64,000 nucleotides of DNA from a virus. Lineage: Duplodnaviria; Caudoviricetes. The notes beneath the pieces were generated by a model, which searched no databases, was not told the origin of the DNA, and saw only the letters and a list, made by a program, of their open reading frames with translations. Position 1 is the stretch's first letter. Each line of letters opens with the position of its first letter. Made by a program: the position numbers and the translations under genes. The stretch covers positions 32,001-96,000 of the IMG/VR virus record IMGVR_UViG_3300032138_000002; one strand, 5' to 3'. Below, one piece after another: positions 47,099 to 58,022 of this stretch.

Positions 47099-47607
47099 CC
47101 GGCCTTTGCAATAATATAAGCATCTGCTCTATCATAAGATCCTGGTTTAGGATTTCCGTGTCTCGTATATTCTATATTAAACTTATTTTCTTTGTCGAGT
47201 ACAAAATTCAAAACAACTTCTTTTGCCTTTTTTCCTTTTTCTACTTTTATACCACAAGATTTTCTCGCAGTTGGCGCAGAAATATAGTGGGGAGGTTTAA
47301 GATATTCCCCTTGACATATATATGATACAATACCATTAAATTTAGCTAATGTCAACAATGTTTTTGCTGATGAAAAGCCTGGTCTAAAAGACAAAAGAGG
47401 TTGTTCGATAAAAACCTCTGTAATATCATATCGTTTTACTTGATACAGCCAGTGTATCATGTTTTGTATTTCTTTCCCTTTTTCGTATAAAGTGGGGAAA
47501 TGGTTTTTGTTTCTTAGATCCCAGGCTTCGCAATAAACCAGTTCGCCGTCATCATTCAGAACCGTCGCTCCAACAATAGACGTAGATACATCTAAGCCCA
47601 AAATCAT
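47077..47607 (-). CDS. RuvC-like Holliday junction resolvase
   Basis: ILGLDVST, VFIEQP, L..FNG, DRADAY. Confidence 0.85.
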   Translation of the reverse strand: MILGLDVSTSIVGATVLNDDGELVYCEAWDLRNKNHFPTLYEKGKEIQNMIHWLYQVKRYDITEVFIEQPLLSFRPGFSSAKTLLTLAKFNGIVSYICQGEYLKPPHYISAPTARKSCGIKVEKGKKAKEVVLNFVLDKENKFNIEYTRHGNPKPGSYDRADAYIIAKAGWKSIKS

Positions 47608-47619
47608 AATATGATTATA

Positions 47620-48957
47620 TCAGATATCGATCTTTAATTTAAATGTAAAATCTCGAGTCGCCGTTTTTTTAATTGGGTTGGCCAATTTCGCAATTCCAAT
47701 CAAATTTTTATTTCTATCGTAAACACCCACTTTAGAAATGTAAGTGGTTTTTGCGAAGCTCCCGGTTCCATTGGGAAAAGAACTGCTCACGATATTCTTA
47801 ATTTCAAAGGTGGGGTCTTGGGTATACCCGGCTGAGCCACTCATAACGCCGTGCATAGAGCCCGAAAAGGAAGCGTTGGTATCTCCGGCTGCTGAAGCGG
47901 TGTTTGCGACCGTAAAGGTGGGGTTATTAGAGAAATTCAACTGCCCGCGGGGTGCATGTGCGAACATAGTCACAACGGGAGTATGGTTGGTGCCCTCGAA
48001 TTCCATGCTATAACTAGAAGAGGGTATATTAAGAGAACCTGAACCATCGTTGGGAATTCCGGTGCCCCAATAAGTCCACGTGGGGTTCGTGGCGGCGGTT
48101 GTAGCATTATAAGTTTCAGTATGGGGACTTAGAGCCCATGAACCAGTCAATAATACGATGCCTTCATTGTAAAGTACGACGCCTGCGACGCTCCCACTCT
48201 CGAAACCGGCGTAGGTTCCGCTTACCTCAATTAAATTACCGTTTTTATAGATATCTTTACATTGTGCTGCGAGTGTCCCACTCACATAAAATTTAATATC
48301 CATTGACCCCTTTTTAACTCCGGATCCACAAAAAATAGAAGGGATGTTAATAAAGTTTAGTTCTTGTGTTCCCTTATCCCACTGTGCAGTTCCATCGGAA
48401 ACATTTGCAGAAGCAGTATAAGCATATTGATCACTTAAATACGTATAATAATTTAATGTATTTTTCAAGGCATCAATGTGAGAACTGCTGACAGTCAGGA
48501 TTTGGGTCTTGTTTAGTTCGGGTAAAAAGACTTCTTTATTAGCCAAAATGAAGCGAGACTGATTCGTCCCAAAATATTGTCTAGCAATACTTGCTGAGAG
48601 CGGGTAACTGGAGGTCATCCTTGTGCCGTAGTCAGTTGTGTTATAAGACCCCGTAGTTATAGTGGAAAAGCCCATGCCTGAGGACCCCTTTACTATGAAG
48701 GGGCGGATTAAGGAAATATTGCCGGTGCCGGTTTCCCAATTATAAGTATCTAAATCTTCTGCTCTATCAACATTGAGTTCATACAAACTCACACTACCAA
48801 CAGGGTTTAACGTTACGTTAGTGGGGGTGATACTTCCGCTTTCATAAGGGGTGTTATTAAAAAAGACACTGCCACTATAAACCGTAAAGGAATTTCGTGG
48901 ATAAGTCTTAATTCTGTTTACTAAGACGTCATCTCTTCCAAACTTATAGTACGACAT
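47620..48957 (-). CDS. virion structural protein (baseplate/collar)
   Basis: FSNNPT...YISKVGVYD..NLIGIAKLANPIKK...FKLKIDI; paralogous C-terminus with the next gene. Confidence 0.7.
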   Translation of the reverse strand: MSYYKFGRDDVLVNRIKTYPRNSFTVYSGSVFFNNTPYESGSITPTNVTLNPVGSVSLYELNVDRAEDLDTYNWETGTGNISLIRPFIVKGSSGMGFSTITTGSYNTTDYGTRMTSSYPLSASIARQYFGTNQSRFILANKEVFLPELNKTQILTVSSSHIDALKNTLNYYTYLSDQYAYTASANVSDGTAQWDKGTQELNFINIPSIFCGSGVKKGSMDIKFYVSGTLAAQCKDIYKNGNLIEVSGTYAGFESGSVAGVVLYNEGIVLLTGSWALSPHTETYNATTAATNPTWTYWGTGIPNDGSGSLNIPSSSYSMEFEGTNHTPVVTMFAHAPRGQLNFSNNPTFTVANTASAAGDTNASFSGSMHGVMSGSAGYTQDPTFEIKNIVSSSFPNGTGSFAKTTYISKVGVYDRNKNLIGIAKLANPIKKTATRDFTFKLKIDI

Positions 48958-48972
48958 CGCATGACACCGCGG

Positions 48973-49998
48973 CTAATAATCCAACCTTACTCTTAACGTA
49001 AGCTCGGTTTCTGGGGATTTCTTTAATGGTTCAGATATTTTGGCTGTCGCTAATAGTTCGTTATCAGCAGAATAGAGGCCTACAGCCGTAATATAAGACT
49101 GTGGCTGATCTAGTGTCGATTCCTTGACACGGATTTTACTGGCTGAAAGATATGTGGGGTTTGAACTATAGTTAAATTCATTATGATTTGCTCGGCAAAA
49201 ATATACCGTCGAGTTTAACTCTGTAGTGTTGTTCCAATCATTGTTGTTCCAAATGTGTCGGAAAGCATCACAAGAGGCGCTAATAGCAGAGCCTGTCAAC
49301 ACGGCAACCAATCGCTCGGCGTCGGAGTTTGCGATACATTGAGCAAAAGAGGACGTGTGAAGAACCGCTATACCAGCTTGATAGAACAGAAGTCCGACGT
49401 TGCCCGAGAGTGAGCTAGACAGAATAGAATATTCACCAGCCGGAGAATCAGTATAAAAATCAGTAATGTTATTAGTAGTGGGGCAAGTGATTGTATCATT
49501 AGTTCCACTCATTGCTGATGGCCATTGGCGAGCGATATCCTTGTCTAGACTAAGTGTGAAGCTTCCTTTCTTAACTTCGTCTTTGCAGAGAAGTCTCGCA
49601 AAACTAACAAAGAAAACTTCTTTAAGTTTGCCACCACCAGGAATTTGAAATTCTTTAATGGCACCGGTCACGTCGTGGCCCATAAGTACTTGAGCCATTT
49701 GATTATAAATGTTAATCTTCTTGTCTTGCTGAGTTACATTAGAAGATGCACTCAAAGCCGAATTAGCTGAATATCCAAACGAGACATCAAATATATGATT
49801 TGCCGAAGAACTCAAATAAGGATAATCGTAGGTCGATTGGAACATGCCGTGAGAATAATTCTTTATGTTGGTCGTCGCAGTAGCGAGTTCACTATAAGTT
49901 CCGGAAACGATTGACCCCGTGAGAGGAATTGCTTCGTGCAACAAAGTCTTTGTTGCCGTAACGTCGTCGCTAGTTAATGGTTTGAAAGTAGTTGCCAT
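48973..49998 (-). CDS. virion structural protein (baseplate/collar)
   Basis: YSSNPT...YITAVGLY...LLATAKISEPLKK...LRVRLDY. Confidence 0.7.
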   Translation of the reverse strand: MATTFKPLTSDDVTATKTLLHEAIPLTGSIVSGTYSELATATTNIKNYSHGMFQSTYDYPYLSSSANHIFDVSFGYSANSALSASSNVTQQDKKINIYNQMAQVLMGHDVTGAIKEFQIPGGGKLKEVFFVSFARLLCKDEVKKGSFTLSLDKDIARQWPSAMSGTNDTITCPTTNNITDFYTDSPAGEYSILSSSLSGNVGLLFYQAGIAVLHTSSFAQCIANSDAERLVAVLTGSAISASCDAFRHIWNNNDWNNTTELNSTVYFCRANHNEFNYSSNPTYLSASKIRVKESTLDQPQSYITAVGLYSADNELLATAKISEPLKKSPETELTLRVRLDY

Positions 49999-50010
49999 GT
50001 TTTAATCACC

Positions 50011-50988
50011 TTATGAGTTTATCTTCAGGAATCTTACTGGGATGTCAATTCTATATCCCGTGGTTACACCTGTTACTTTAATCGTTGTATCAATATAATT
50101 CGTAATCGCTGTGTCACCGTTAACTCTTGTAAAGTTTGCGGTGGTCGAGACCGTTCCCATCTTTTCAAATAAAGTGTCACTGCGTTGGAGTTCTATAGTT
50201 GCTAAAAGTTTGAATTCCAACTTGGTTCCGCGGGGGCCGCGGATTGTTTCAGTGGCCTCGCTTGTGGTATCTGTGCTACTAATTCGAGAAACAAAGTTAC
50301 CATCGGAACCGAGCGAAACATAATAAGTTGCGATCTGGTCGTCGTCCACAAATGATTTGCGGGCGGGTGTTCCAGTCGTGGATACAACCGTTCCCAAACG
50401 ATCATCGATCTCCAGGAGATATTGTGTCTCTACCAAGTCTCTGTCAAGGGGGATTTTGGGATCAATGTCGGCGGTGTCCAAGCCCTGGTCCAATCGGATA
50501 TGTGATCCGACCCTAGGGTTAATTCCGTTCATCATCCCGTTACCACTTGTAAATAGGCCCGGGTTTGATGTCGCATCCTCTAAGCGAGAGGTTGTCTCGT
50601 CGGAAAGAATAATGAACTTTTCATTAGCTTGTGCTGTGCGCTCGTTACGCTGTGTGTCTTTCATTGTCTCGTTCAATTTAGTAATTGGCAGATACAACAA
50701 GTCAGTGCGGGGGATAGAAACAAGTTTAGATTTCAAAAAAGAAGTGTTATTTGTGAAAGCTTCCAATATAGGGGTTTGCAAAATCTCCAAATCATAATAA
50801 GCGGAGCCACTTGGGTGGGCGCCCTTTGAATTGTTTGAATTGCGGAAAAGTTCATAATTAATTTCGTCATCTCCCAGTGCAAATTTTGTAATGGCGAAAG
50901 TACCATCCCCCTTCGCTAAGCGAAAGCGGCCCGTGTCGGTTAAAACTGCATCCAGAATGATGTCTCCTGAGTTATCTAAAAATCCCAT
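50011..50988 (-). CDS. virion structural protein
   Basis: N-terminal DAVLTDTGRFRLAKG...KFALGDDEINY. Confidence 0.7.
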   Translation of the reverse strand: MGFLDNSGDIILDAVLTDTGRFRLAKGDGTFAITKFALGDDEINYELFRNSNNSKGAHPSGSAYYDLEILQTPILEAFTNNTSFLKSKLVSIPRTDLLYLPITKLNETMKDTQRNERTAQANEKFIILSDETTSRLEDATSNPGLFTSGNGMMNGINPRVGSHIRLDQGLDTADIDPKIPLDRDLVETQYLLEIDDRLGTVVSTTGTPARKSFVDDDQIATYYVSLGSDGNFVSRISSTDTTSEATETIRGPRGTKLEFKLLATIELQRSDTLFEKMGTVSTTANFTRVNGDTAITNYIDTTIKVTGVTTGYRIDIPVRFLKINS

Positions 50989-51029
50989 ATTTATTCTCCC
51001 GTGAATTCAAAATAATTAGTTATTCCTTT

Positions 51030-51036
51030 TAAATAG
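51030..51036 (-). promoter_or_regulatory. late-promoter motif CTATTTA, with tandem variant CTAATTA at 51013-51019
   Basis: Intergenic, upstream of the 50988 start. Confidence 0.65.
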
Positions 51037-51066
51037 TCCATATTTTATAAAAAAACTAAAGGGTTA

Positions 51067-54000
51067 CTAACATGTCTCCGTTATTTGTGATTGTTGCGTA
51101 GTCTCAACATTTTTCAAAGTGCACGACAAGTTGATGTCTAATTTTTTACAACTGTTTTTTGACGTCAATCTTATCTTAAATTTCTTGCTGTTGTCAAAGA
51201 TACTTTCATCGGCCACCCCTAGTTTAATTTGTCCAGATTTTCCGCCAATAGTAATCTCCCCATTTTCGTTGGGTGTCACGCCAGAATCTTCCAAGTTCAA
51301 CATTACTTGTTGCAGAGCCGGCTTTATTAATAATAATTTTCTTGCAGGGATAGATGTCTTCGGTTGGAGTTTTTTAAAGTCATAAAGTTTCATATCGAGG
51401 TAAGTGATTCCATCCGTCGAAACTAATTGTACCTCATGAATTGCAGTAGGATTGGAGATATTTCCGTGGATATCGGCCATCCTAAAAATATAATAATATT
51501 TTGTGTTAGGTTTAAGAGTATCACGAAATCCATCAGATGTTATGTCTTCTAATAATATTTTTTTATAAAATTCTGCATTTCTGAAATCTCCATAACTCTC
51601 GGGAGGCACTTCGGTCCTGAATATTTCAAAAGCTGATGGGGGATCATCGGACACATATTGGATTTTGTCTGTGGCTTTAAGAGTAAGTTCATCGAAAATT
51701 GTTTTTTGATTTTCGTAATATTTTTGAATTACTGGACCGTCGCTCTCTAAAATAGCAATCGGCGTTTGATAAACAGGGCCGCCCACTGTAGAACGGAAAT
51801 TGATGAGCAATTTATTGTTGACACTCTTATAGGGGACCAATTCCACCTCGGGTGCCATCGGTGGTTTATTCCTAACAAGCATCTCCGTCGTATAATAAGG
51901 AAGTTCAAATATTTTCATGCATGGGTAAGAATCAGCAATAATTTTAAGGGAGGTGGTGATATCCCAATTTATGCCCCCTTCAGATGCGTTAGGCTGATCG
52001 GACTGGGCTACGGGGGACATGTTGTCGGTAGAAAAGCCAAAGGCGGATCCGCCTAACTGAGTTAATATTTTGTCGACTGCTTGTTCCATTTGAGCCGCGG
52101 TCCCACAGGTATACGTGTCACCAGTAAGACCATTTAATTCGAAACCTCTATAGTAATACTTGGTACCAAAAACCATCCGCTGAGCATATATATTATACGT
52201 ATACATTTTAGATTGCTTCACGCGAGTATCTATATAATGTAAAAACTCCATTTCAGAATCGACCGCGCAATAAAAGTTACCTTCGACTTCGCCCGTTTTT
52301 TTATCAATCTTCTCAATTCTATAACCTATGGTTTCGGAAGTCGCTTTCGAGGGTTTTTTTAAAATTTCCCCTAAAGTGCGCGTAGATGTCACAAATTTTT
52401 CAAAGACATCACTATAACGTGAGTTAGTATAAAGTTTCTGGATTTCCGATTTGGAAAACGTATCGCTTGCATTGTCTCCGAGATCCCCAGTTGCAACAAT
52501 AGGCAGGTTACGCGGATATTTACTTTGGTAAGCCGGGTTCGGACTCTCTCTTACCCCATAATAGTCTTCACCAAACAAAGACCCGTAAAGTAAAAATTTC
52601 ATGAAATCTAAACTATCATAGTCCAGAGCGTTTCCCGTTGCGGCCGCATATCCCGGAGAGCCGGGATTTAATATAATCAAGCTGTATTTATCCCAATCAT
52701 TCGAAATGAGGCCTTCTTCCTCTTCCGGAAAGCCTTCTAAATACGACGGATTAAAATTATGAGTAGGGACTTTGTACCCGGCAGCACGCTGGAGATATTT
52801 ATTGTAAACTTTTAACAACGCTAGTTGCAAGGAGCCGCCCATTTTGTTAGGGCCCCGTCCGAGAAAATCTGCAAAGGGGACCGGCGTGTGGTCGCCTGTG
52901 GCATTGTCCCCCATTCCATTAATGACCTTATATGGGGACGCCTTAGGATCTTCCAACTTTATAACAAGCGCGTTGTACATGGGGAAAAGGCTCTTCTTCT
53001 GTTTGGCGGTGCTTAAAATGTCTTTTATTCCCGAAGCGGGAGTTAACAACAAATCGCGAGTATTATATAAAGTAGCATTTAATGCCGCAGGGCCGAAACC
53101 TGGTTCATCAACATCCGTTAGATATTTGGAACTTAAAATACAAGCCCACCGTTCAAAATATTGCCCGAAATCTCTTTCTCTTGTTTCCCCGATAGCATTC
53201 CGATTAATTTTTTGTACGGACCCAGGAACGTTGGGCTTGCCAGTAAGAATGTCCGTAAACACTCCCTCGACATTTCCATTAAGGGTTAAGAAGTTGTGGT
53301 AGACGTCAGTCAACCATTCCCGACTCGGGTTTTGCTCATCAAAGTCAAAAACCCCATTTTGCATATTGAGTTGTCCAGTGGATGGGGATGGGGAGTATTC
53401 CTCTGCGATGGCGATATTGATGTCTGGTAATACCCTTTCTGGAACGATTGGTGAGTTGATGGCCTCCTCATAACTCTTAATAAATCCATTATATTGTGCC
53501 GTCTCTTCTATGGGAAGGGCCGATGCGCCAAATCCGTCTTTGGAAGAATTGGGCGTAGGGAAATTGGTAGTAAAGTCATAAAAAGGCTTATTAAGTTGTG
53601 GCAAGAGATTAAAATAAAGTTTCCGGAGAGGTTCCTTAAGTTGTTCTTTGAGTTCCTCTATATTGGGATTATCCGCAGATGTTGTGCGTTGGTTAATCAC
53701 ATAAATCTCTTCTCGGACTGCCAGTGAGTTTAAATTAAAAGAACCTGTTCCTACAGTATTCAGGTTGTCCTCGTAGATTTGCAAAGTTTTGTTAAACACT
53801 CCAAACTGTGCTAGCTCTGGACCCCAAGCGTGTTGGAGCCACTCAGCCTCCGCCTGTGCATAAACCTCATCATACTGTTCTTGAGTATTTTCCCACGTTC
53901 CTGCATCTTGCAGACTTACTATCTTTTGGAGGACTATTTTTTGTATATGACCGCCTGATAGGCCATTTTCGACGCCCGAACCGTAGACATCTGTAACAAT

Positions 54001-55419
54001 TGGGCTAAGCTTGGTGACGCCGGTTGGGAGCGGCAAGGACTGGTTAACACTATTGATACGTGTGTTTTTAGTAGTAAAATTACTATTAGGATTGTTTTGA
54101 AGCAGTTGTTCGCAATTGGCCATGCGCGTTTTTAAATTATAGAGGAGATCATCCCATGATTTATTTTTTTCGTATATTTTTTCCCCCGTTGACCAAGGCG
54201 TGTCTAATGGAGAGGGTAAGGTTGCAGGTCCCCCACCAGCTTTATATGCGGCCCATTCTTGATCAAAAGCTTCTGTTTTGACGATGGTTTCATTAGCGTG
54301 TGGTACCTCAGTATAATCTCCGGGTTGAACCGTAACGAATTCCATGTCGGGGTGCCAGTCTTTAGGAAATAAAAATCGTGTAGGGCACATAACAATACTA
54401 TCATCAGTAATTGCGCCGGGTGGGAGCGGGGTGCCTTGCAAATTGGGACCATTTAAAACCGCTATTTGGTACCAATCATATTCGTTGGGAGAAAAAACCA
54501 ACTTGTCTCCGGTGGTCAACACATAAGATGTTTTGTTTTCGAGCGATTGAAATTCAGGCGGTCTCGAAGTTGCGCGATATTGAAAGTCTGCGGCTAGATC
54601 CTCATCAATATCATTAACATAGTCGGTGTAGGCTATAGCATCATTTGAAGTCACACTCGACCAAAAAGCTCCAGTGAACATTCGAACGGGGTCAGATGGC
54701 AAATAAGCGCCGCCGGCGGCGCCCTTTACTTGCATAAGAAACTCTAGAAAATTTACGCCAGTCGGAGTTTCTTGTTTAAACCACTTTAAGAGATCTAGTC
54801 GACTATAAGTCCCATTCCAAAATACATCCTTACCAGGAGTGGCGGGAGCTTTTTCTGCCTCCGCGGTCACGTACTGAATATACATGTCTAGCATATCTTT
54901 ATCTAGGACTAGGGCCTTGCTGTTAGGTGCATCATAGGCGTTCTGAGTTAACACTGTTGTTTTATCTGCGGGAATGGGGTTCCCGGGAGCCCCTATTCCA
55001 CCTTCGCCGACAACCTTAGCGGAACCGCCGGGGCCACTGAGGTCTAAACCTGCCGGATTAGCTACATTTTTGCCCGGGCCGGGTGTTGTTTCTGGTACTT
55101 TAGGTACTTTGTTGGCTTCATTAAAAGCATCCTCTATAGCTTTTGCTGCTGCCGCGGCTGCAGCGGCAGCTTGCATTCCCTCTTCTTGTGCTTTGACTTT
55201 TTGGCTTTCGGCTTCCGAAACCGCTGTCGCTGTTGTAGTTCCGTCCGTTGTATTGGTTTTAGCCGGGGCGGCCGCACCAGAACCCAGGCCTGCCGCTTGA
55301 TTTCCTTTGGTGTCGCCGTTAAGGTCAAGGTTACCTCGTTTATTGCCACCGCGCGGCGCCGGTGTTTTAGGAAGCGGCTGCGGTGGAAATGGTGGAAATG
55401 TTGGTGGGAGATTAGCCAT
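51067..55419 (-). CDS. large putative virion protein (1450 aa)
   Basis: Pro/Ala-rich N-terminus; Fn3-like C-terminal patterns (GYRIEK...YTY, FEIFR...YYYIFR). Confidence 0.65.
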   Translation of the reverse strand: MANLPPTFPPFPPQPLPKTPAPRGGNKRGNLDLNGDTKGNQAAGLGSGAAAPAKTNTTDGTTTATAVSEAESQKVKAQEEGMQAAAAAAAAAKAIEDAFNEANKVPKVPETTPGPGKNVANPAGLDLSGPGGSAKVVGEGGIGAPGNPIPADKTTVLTQNAYDAPNSKALVLDKDMLDMYIQYVTAEAEKAPATPGKDVFWNGTYSRLDLLKWFKQETPTGVNFLEFLMQVKGAAGGAYLPSDPVRMFTGAFWSSVTSNDAIAYTDYVNDIDEDLAADFQYRATSRPPEFQSLENKTSYVLTTGDKLVFSPNEYDWYQIAVLNGPNLQGTPLPPGAITDDSIVMCPTRFLFPKDWHPDMEFVTVQPGDYTEVPHANETIVKTEAFDQEWAAYKAGGGPATLPSPLDTPWSTGEKIYEKNKSWDDLLYNLKTRMANCEQLLQNNPNSNFTTKNTRINSVNQSLPLPTGVTKLSPIVTDVYGSGVENGLSGGHIQKIVLQKIVSLQDAGTWENTQEQYDEVYAQAEAEWLQHAWGPELAQFGVFNKTLQIYEDNLNTVGTGSFNLNSLAVREEIYVINQRTTSADNPNIEELKEQLKEPLRKLYFNLLPQLNKPFYDFTTNFPTPNSSKDGFGASALPIEETAQYNGFIKSYEEAINSPIVPERVLPDINIAIAEEYSPSPSTGQLNMQNGVFDFDEQNPSREWLTDVYHNFLTLNGNVEGVFTDILTGKPNVPGSVQKINRNAIGETRERDFGQYFERWACILSSKYLTDVDEPGFGPAALNATLYNTRDLLLTPASGIKDILSTAKQKKSLFPMYNALVIKLEDPKASPYKVINGMGDNATGDHTPVPFADFLGRGPNKMGGSLQLALLKVYNKYLQRAAGYKVPTHNFNPSYLEGFPEEEEGLISNDWDKYSLIILNPGSPGYAAATGNALDYDSLDFMKFLLYGSLFGEDYYGVRESPNPAYQSKYPRNLPIVATGDLGDNASDTFSKSEIQKLYTNSRYSDVFEKFVTSTRTLGEILKKPSKATSETIGYRIEKIDKKTGEVEGNFYCAVDSEMEFLHYIDTRVKQSKMYTYNIYAQRMVFGTKYYYRGFELNGLTGDTYTCGTAAQMEQAVDKILTQLGGSAFGFSTDNMSPVAQSDQPNASEGGINWDITTSLKIIADSYPCMKIFELPYYTTEMLVRNKPPMAPEVELVPYKSVNNKLLINFRSTVGGPVYQTPIAILESDGPVIQKYYENQKTIFDELTLKATDKIQYVSDDPPSAFEIFRTEVPPESYGDFRNAEFYKKILLEDITSDGFRDTLKPNTKYYYIFRMADIHGNISNPTAIHEVQLVSTDGITYLDMKLYDFKKLQPKTSIPARKLLLIKPALQQVMLNLEDSGVTPNENGEITIGGKSGQIKLGVADESIFDNSKKFKIRLTSKNSCKKLDINLSCTLKNVETTQQSQITETC

Positions 55420-55421
55420 TA

Positions 55422-58022
55422 TTAATCCTCCACCGTAAATACGGTATCGATTTGCATGTTTTTATCAAAGGGGTCATCGAATATTCCTGCTTTTTTGTCT
55501 ACCAGCGGTCTCAAGCGGCAAAGGTCACCCGGAATTAATTCCATCGGAGAACTCACTTGTTTATAAATAGCCTTCTTTGCTTTTTGCAAATCTCCAGCGA
55601 CTGTTGCATATCGAACAAACTTTTCAATTACCACAGGCTTCATCTGTTCTGAGGCCTGTTTCCGGGGATTATAATTATCAAACAATTTTTGCAAAACTAT
55701 ATGTGGATTTTTACCTTTGTTTTTAGCCCGGCTCAATGCGGCATCCAATTGAAGTTGATCTCCATAATTTAAAGATCCTGTCATATCGGTGGTTTCGTCG
55801 AGAACCGAAACATATTCGTCGGCTTCTCGTTTAGAATCGTATTGATAAATATTATCAACAGTTATACTATTTTTGCTTCCCCACTCTATTAATTTTAACG
55901 TTGCCGTATTGTCGTTAGTTCCGATATTCTCGACGCTACGGATTTTTGTAGCAACCTTGCTGTCTTCTTTGATCAAGGCAATATCAATATTAAGCGACGG
56001 GGGAATCGGGTTTTCTCCCAGTTCTTGTTGTAAAGAGCCCGGGCCCAATGGGATAGCCTGCGGGAGCAGGAATGACCCGGGGATGGTAGTACTAGGGCCG
56101 CGGGTGCTTTGGGCCACTAGAGGTGGTGTCAAGGCCGTCAGAGTGCTAAGGCTTACCGTCGACGGGCCAACATTCTTTGTTGAAACGTCCATATATTTTC
56201 TTCCGAAATTTTTGGGGGCGTTAAGACTTATTTTGTCTTCTTTAAACCACTTTTCCCTAACAATTGTTCTGGAACCCCTAGAGCCCTCAACATTGGTCGC
56301 CACCAAGTCACCTTTAAGAAACTTTTTATTTTGGCCGGCATTGTTCTTGCCCAAAATCTGTCCGACCCGGGTTAACAATTGTCGATTAAATTCAATGAGT
56401 TTGCTCATATTGGCCGGCGTCGTGCAGGAAATGTTAAGCAGTTGAGACATTTTAGTCACATTGATTGGATTAGAAGAAAACATGTTCAAAACTTCTACAT
56501 GTGCTAACAGCGCGTTGGTGATTTTCTGTTGGTCTGACCGGTAGACCTCCTCGGCTGTGGAACTATATCTCCCCTGTTCCTTATTAAACATTCCTTTCTG
56601 TGTGGTTCGATCATAAAAAGAAGTAAACACATCATCGATCTCGTTTAATTGGCGATATTTTGGTTCTAAGACTGGAGCGAGAGGGTCTGTTACCTCTATT
56701 TTGAAAGAGTATGTATATGTGCCGGCAGTTTTAGTAGCCGCTTCATAATCGGTTCCGGAGAACATGCGAATTTTAGTTGTTTCAGTATTTCTTCGTGTTT
56801 CTTTTATTCCGCCAATCTGTTGCCGAACTCCGTTAACTCCTTCTGTTTCCATTATTTCTGTGTTTCGGCCTATTAAATCCGAAAATGTAGCCACCAGATG
56901 TGGTTCTTCATCAGGACTATTGCGAAAAATGCTTAATTGTTTTATTTGAAAGCCGCGCAATAGCTGCTCCTGCGTCGTATCAAAGTGTTGTAGAGTTGCG
57001 CCGCGGCTTATTTGAGAAAGCAGCGTTTCCATATCCAATGAAAAGACAAAATTTACTTGTTTTTCCAAGTCTCTCGTTAATTGAAAATCTATAAATATTG
57101 GGGCGTTTTTAGCGTGGAGTGTGTGATTATCTGTGCGCACCTCATCAGATTGGTACCACGCAGGTTTCCCGATATTATTTTGCGCGGCTGTGCGGGGAGT
57201 TTTAGCCTGTGAGGCCGCCTTAGGGGTCATCCATAAAGGTTGAATTGGTGGCATATAATACAACATATCCAACACACGTAGGTCTTGTACTAAAGGGTCC
57301 ATAACGGCCAGGCCCCCTTGAATCACACTTTTATAAGCAGGGAAGCCGGCCGAAACCTTGTTCATCGTCGGAGAAGAGGACATGTCCAAAAACGGAACTA
57401 CAATGAACATCATAAAGCTTGTGGAGGCCGGGGCGGTAAATAACGTAGAGGCCGTAAATGGGAGATCAATAACAATTTTCCCGTTAGTTGTGTTAGTCCG
57501 CCGTTGGAGGCGCGCGAGTTTTTGTTTTAAAACAGAGGAATCAACGCTAATAATTTCATGTTCATACCCGGTAGATTTCCCATTTTGGCGCGGACCTACG
57601 GCGCCAATGGTTGTAGCCGTTGTGGCTGTAGTTACGCTAGTGGGTGTGATCAGTTGATCTAAACTTCTGTAATGATTTAAAATATATTGGGCCGAGTGAG
57701 GTGACGAACTTTTAGGAAGGGCCCGATAAAGTTTTTCGTCTGTTATCTTCAGGACCAAATAATTCATGCTCTCGGCAATACCTTTTTTGTATAACCAACC
57801 AGTTGTTACCTTCTCTTTATTATTCCTACCAATAACCATTTCGCTAAAAAAGCTGACGCGGGCTTTAATATCATTAGCCCCTTTGCCTGCAATGGTAACC
57901 ATTATATCTTTAACATTAGGTATGCTAGTTTCGCGATTTCCGGTGCGTGATAAATCAGTTCTACGCAAACCTTCGGGAGGAATAATTCGATTCACACGGT
58001 TTCTGTCGTTCGGTGGTGTCAT
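55422..58022 (-). CDS. large hypothetical protein, structural operon
   Basis: About 866 aa, coupled to neighbours; start set at MTPPND. Confidence 0.65.
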   Translation of the reverse strand: MTPPNDRNRVNRIIPPEGLRRTDLSRTGNRETSIPNVKDIMVTIAGKGANDIKARVSFFSEMVIGRNNKEKVTTGWLYKKGIAESMNYLVLKITDEKLYRALPKSSSPHSAQYILNHYRSLDQLITPTSVTTATTATTIGAVGPRQNGKSTGYEHEIISVDSSVLKQKLARLQRRTNTTNGKIVIDLPFTASTLFTAPASTSFMMFIVVPFLDMSSSPTMNKVSAGFPAYKSVIQGGLAVMDPLVQDLRVLDMLYYMPPIQPLWMTPKAASQAKTPRTAAQNNIGKPAWYQSDEVRTDNHTLHAKNAPIFIDFQLTRDLEKQVNFVFSLDMETLLSQISRGATLQHFDTTQEQLLRGFQIKQLSIFRNSPDEEPHLVATFSDLIGRNTEIMETEGVNGVRQQIGGIKETRRNTETTKIRMFSGTDYEAATKTAGTYTYSFKIEVTDPLAPVLEPKYRQLNEIDDVFTSFYDRTTQKGMFNKEQGRYSSTAEEVYRSDQQKITNALLAHVEVLNMFSSNPINVTKMSQLLNISCTTPANMSKLIEFNRQLLTRVGQILGKNNAGQNKKFLKGDLVATNVEGSRGSRTIVREKWFKEDKISLNAPKNFGRKYMDVSTKNVGPSTVSLSTLTALTPPLVAQSTRGPSTTIPGSFLLPQAIPLGPGSLQQELGENPIPPSLNIDIALIKEDSKVATKIRSVENIGTNDNTATLKLIEWGSKNSITVDNIYQYDSKREADEYVSVLDETTDMTGSLNYGDQLQLDAALSRAKNKGKNPHIVLQKLFDNYNPRKQASEQMKPVVIEKFVRYATVAGDLQKAKKAIYKQVSSPMELIPGDLCRLRPLVDKKAGIFDDPFDKNMQIDTVFTVED

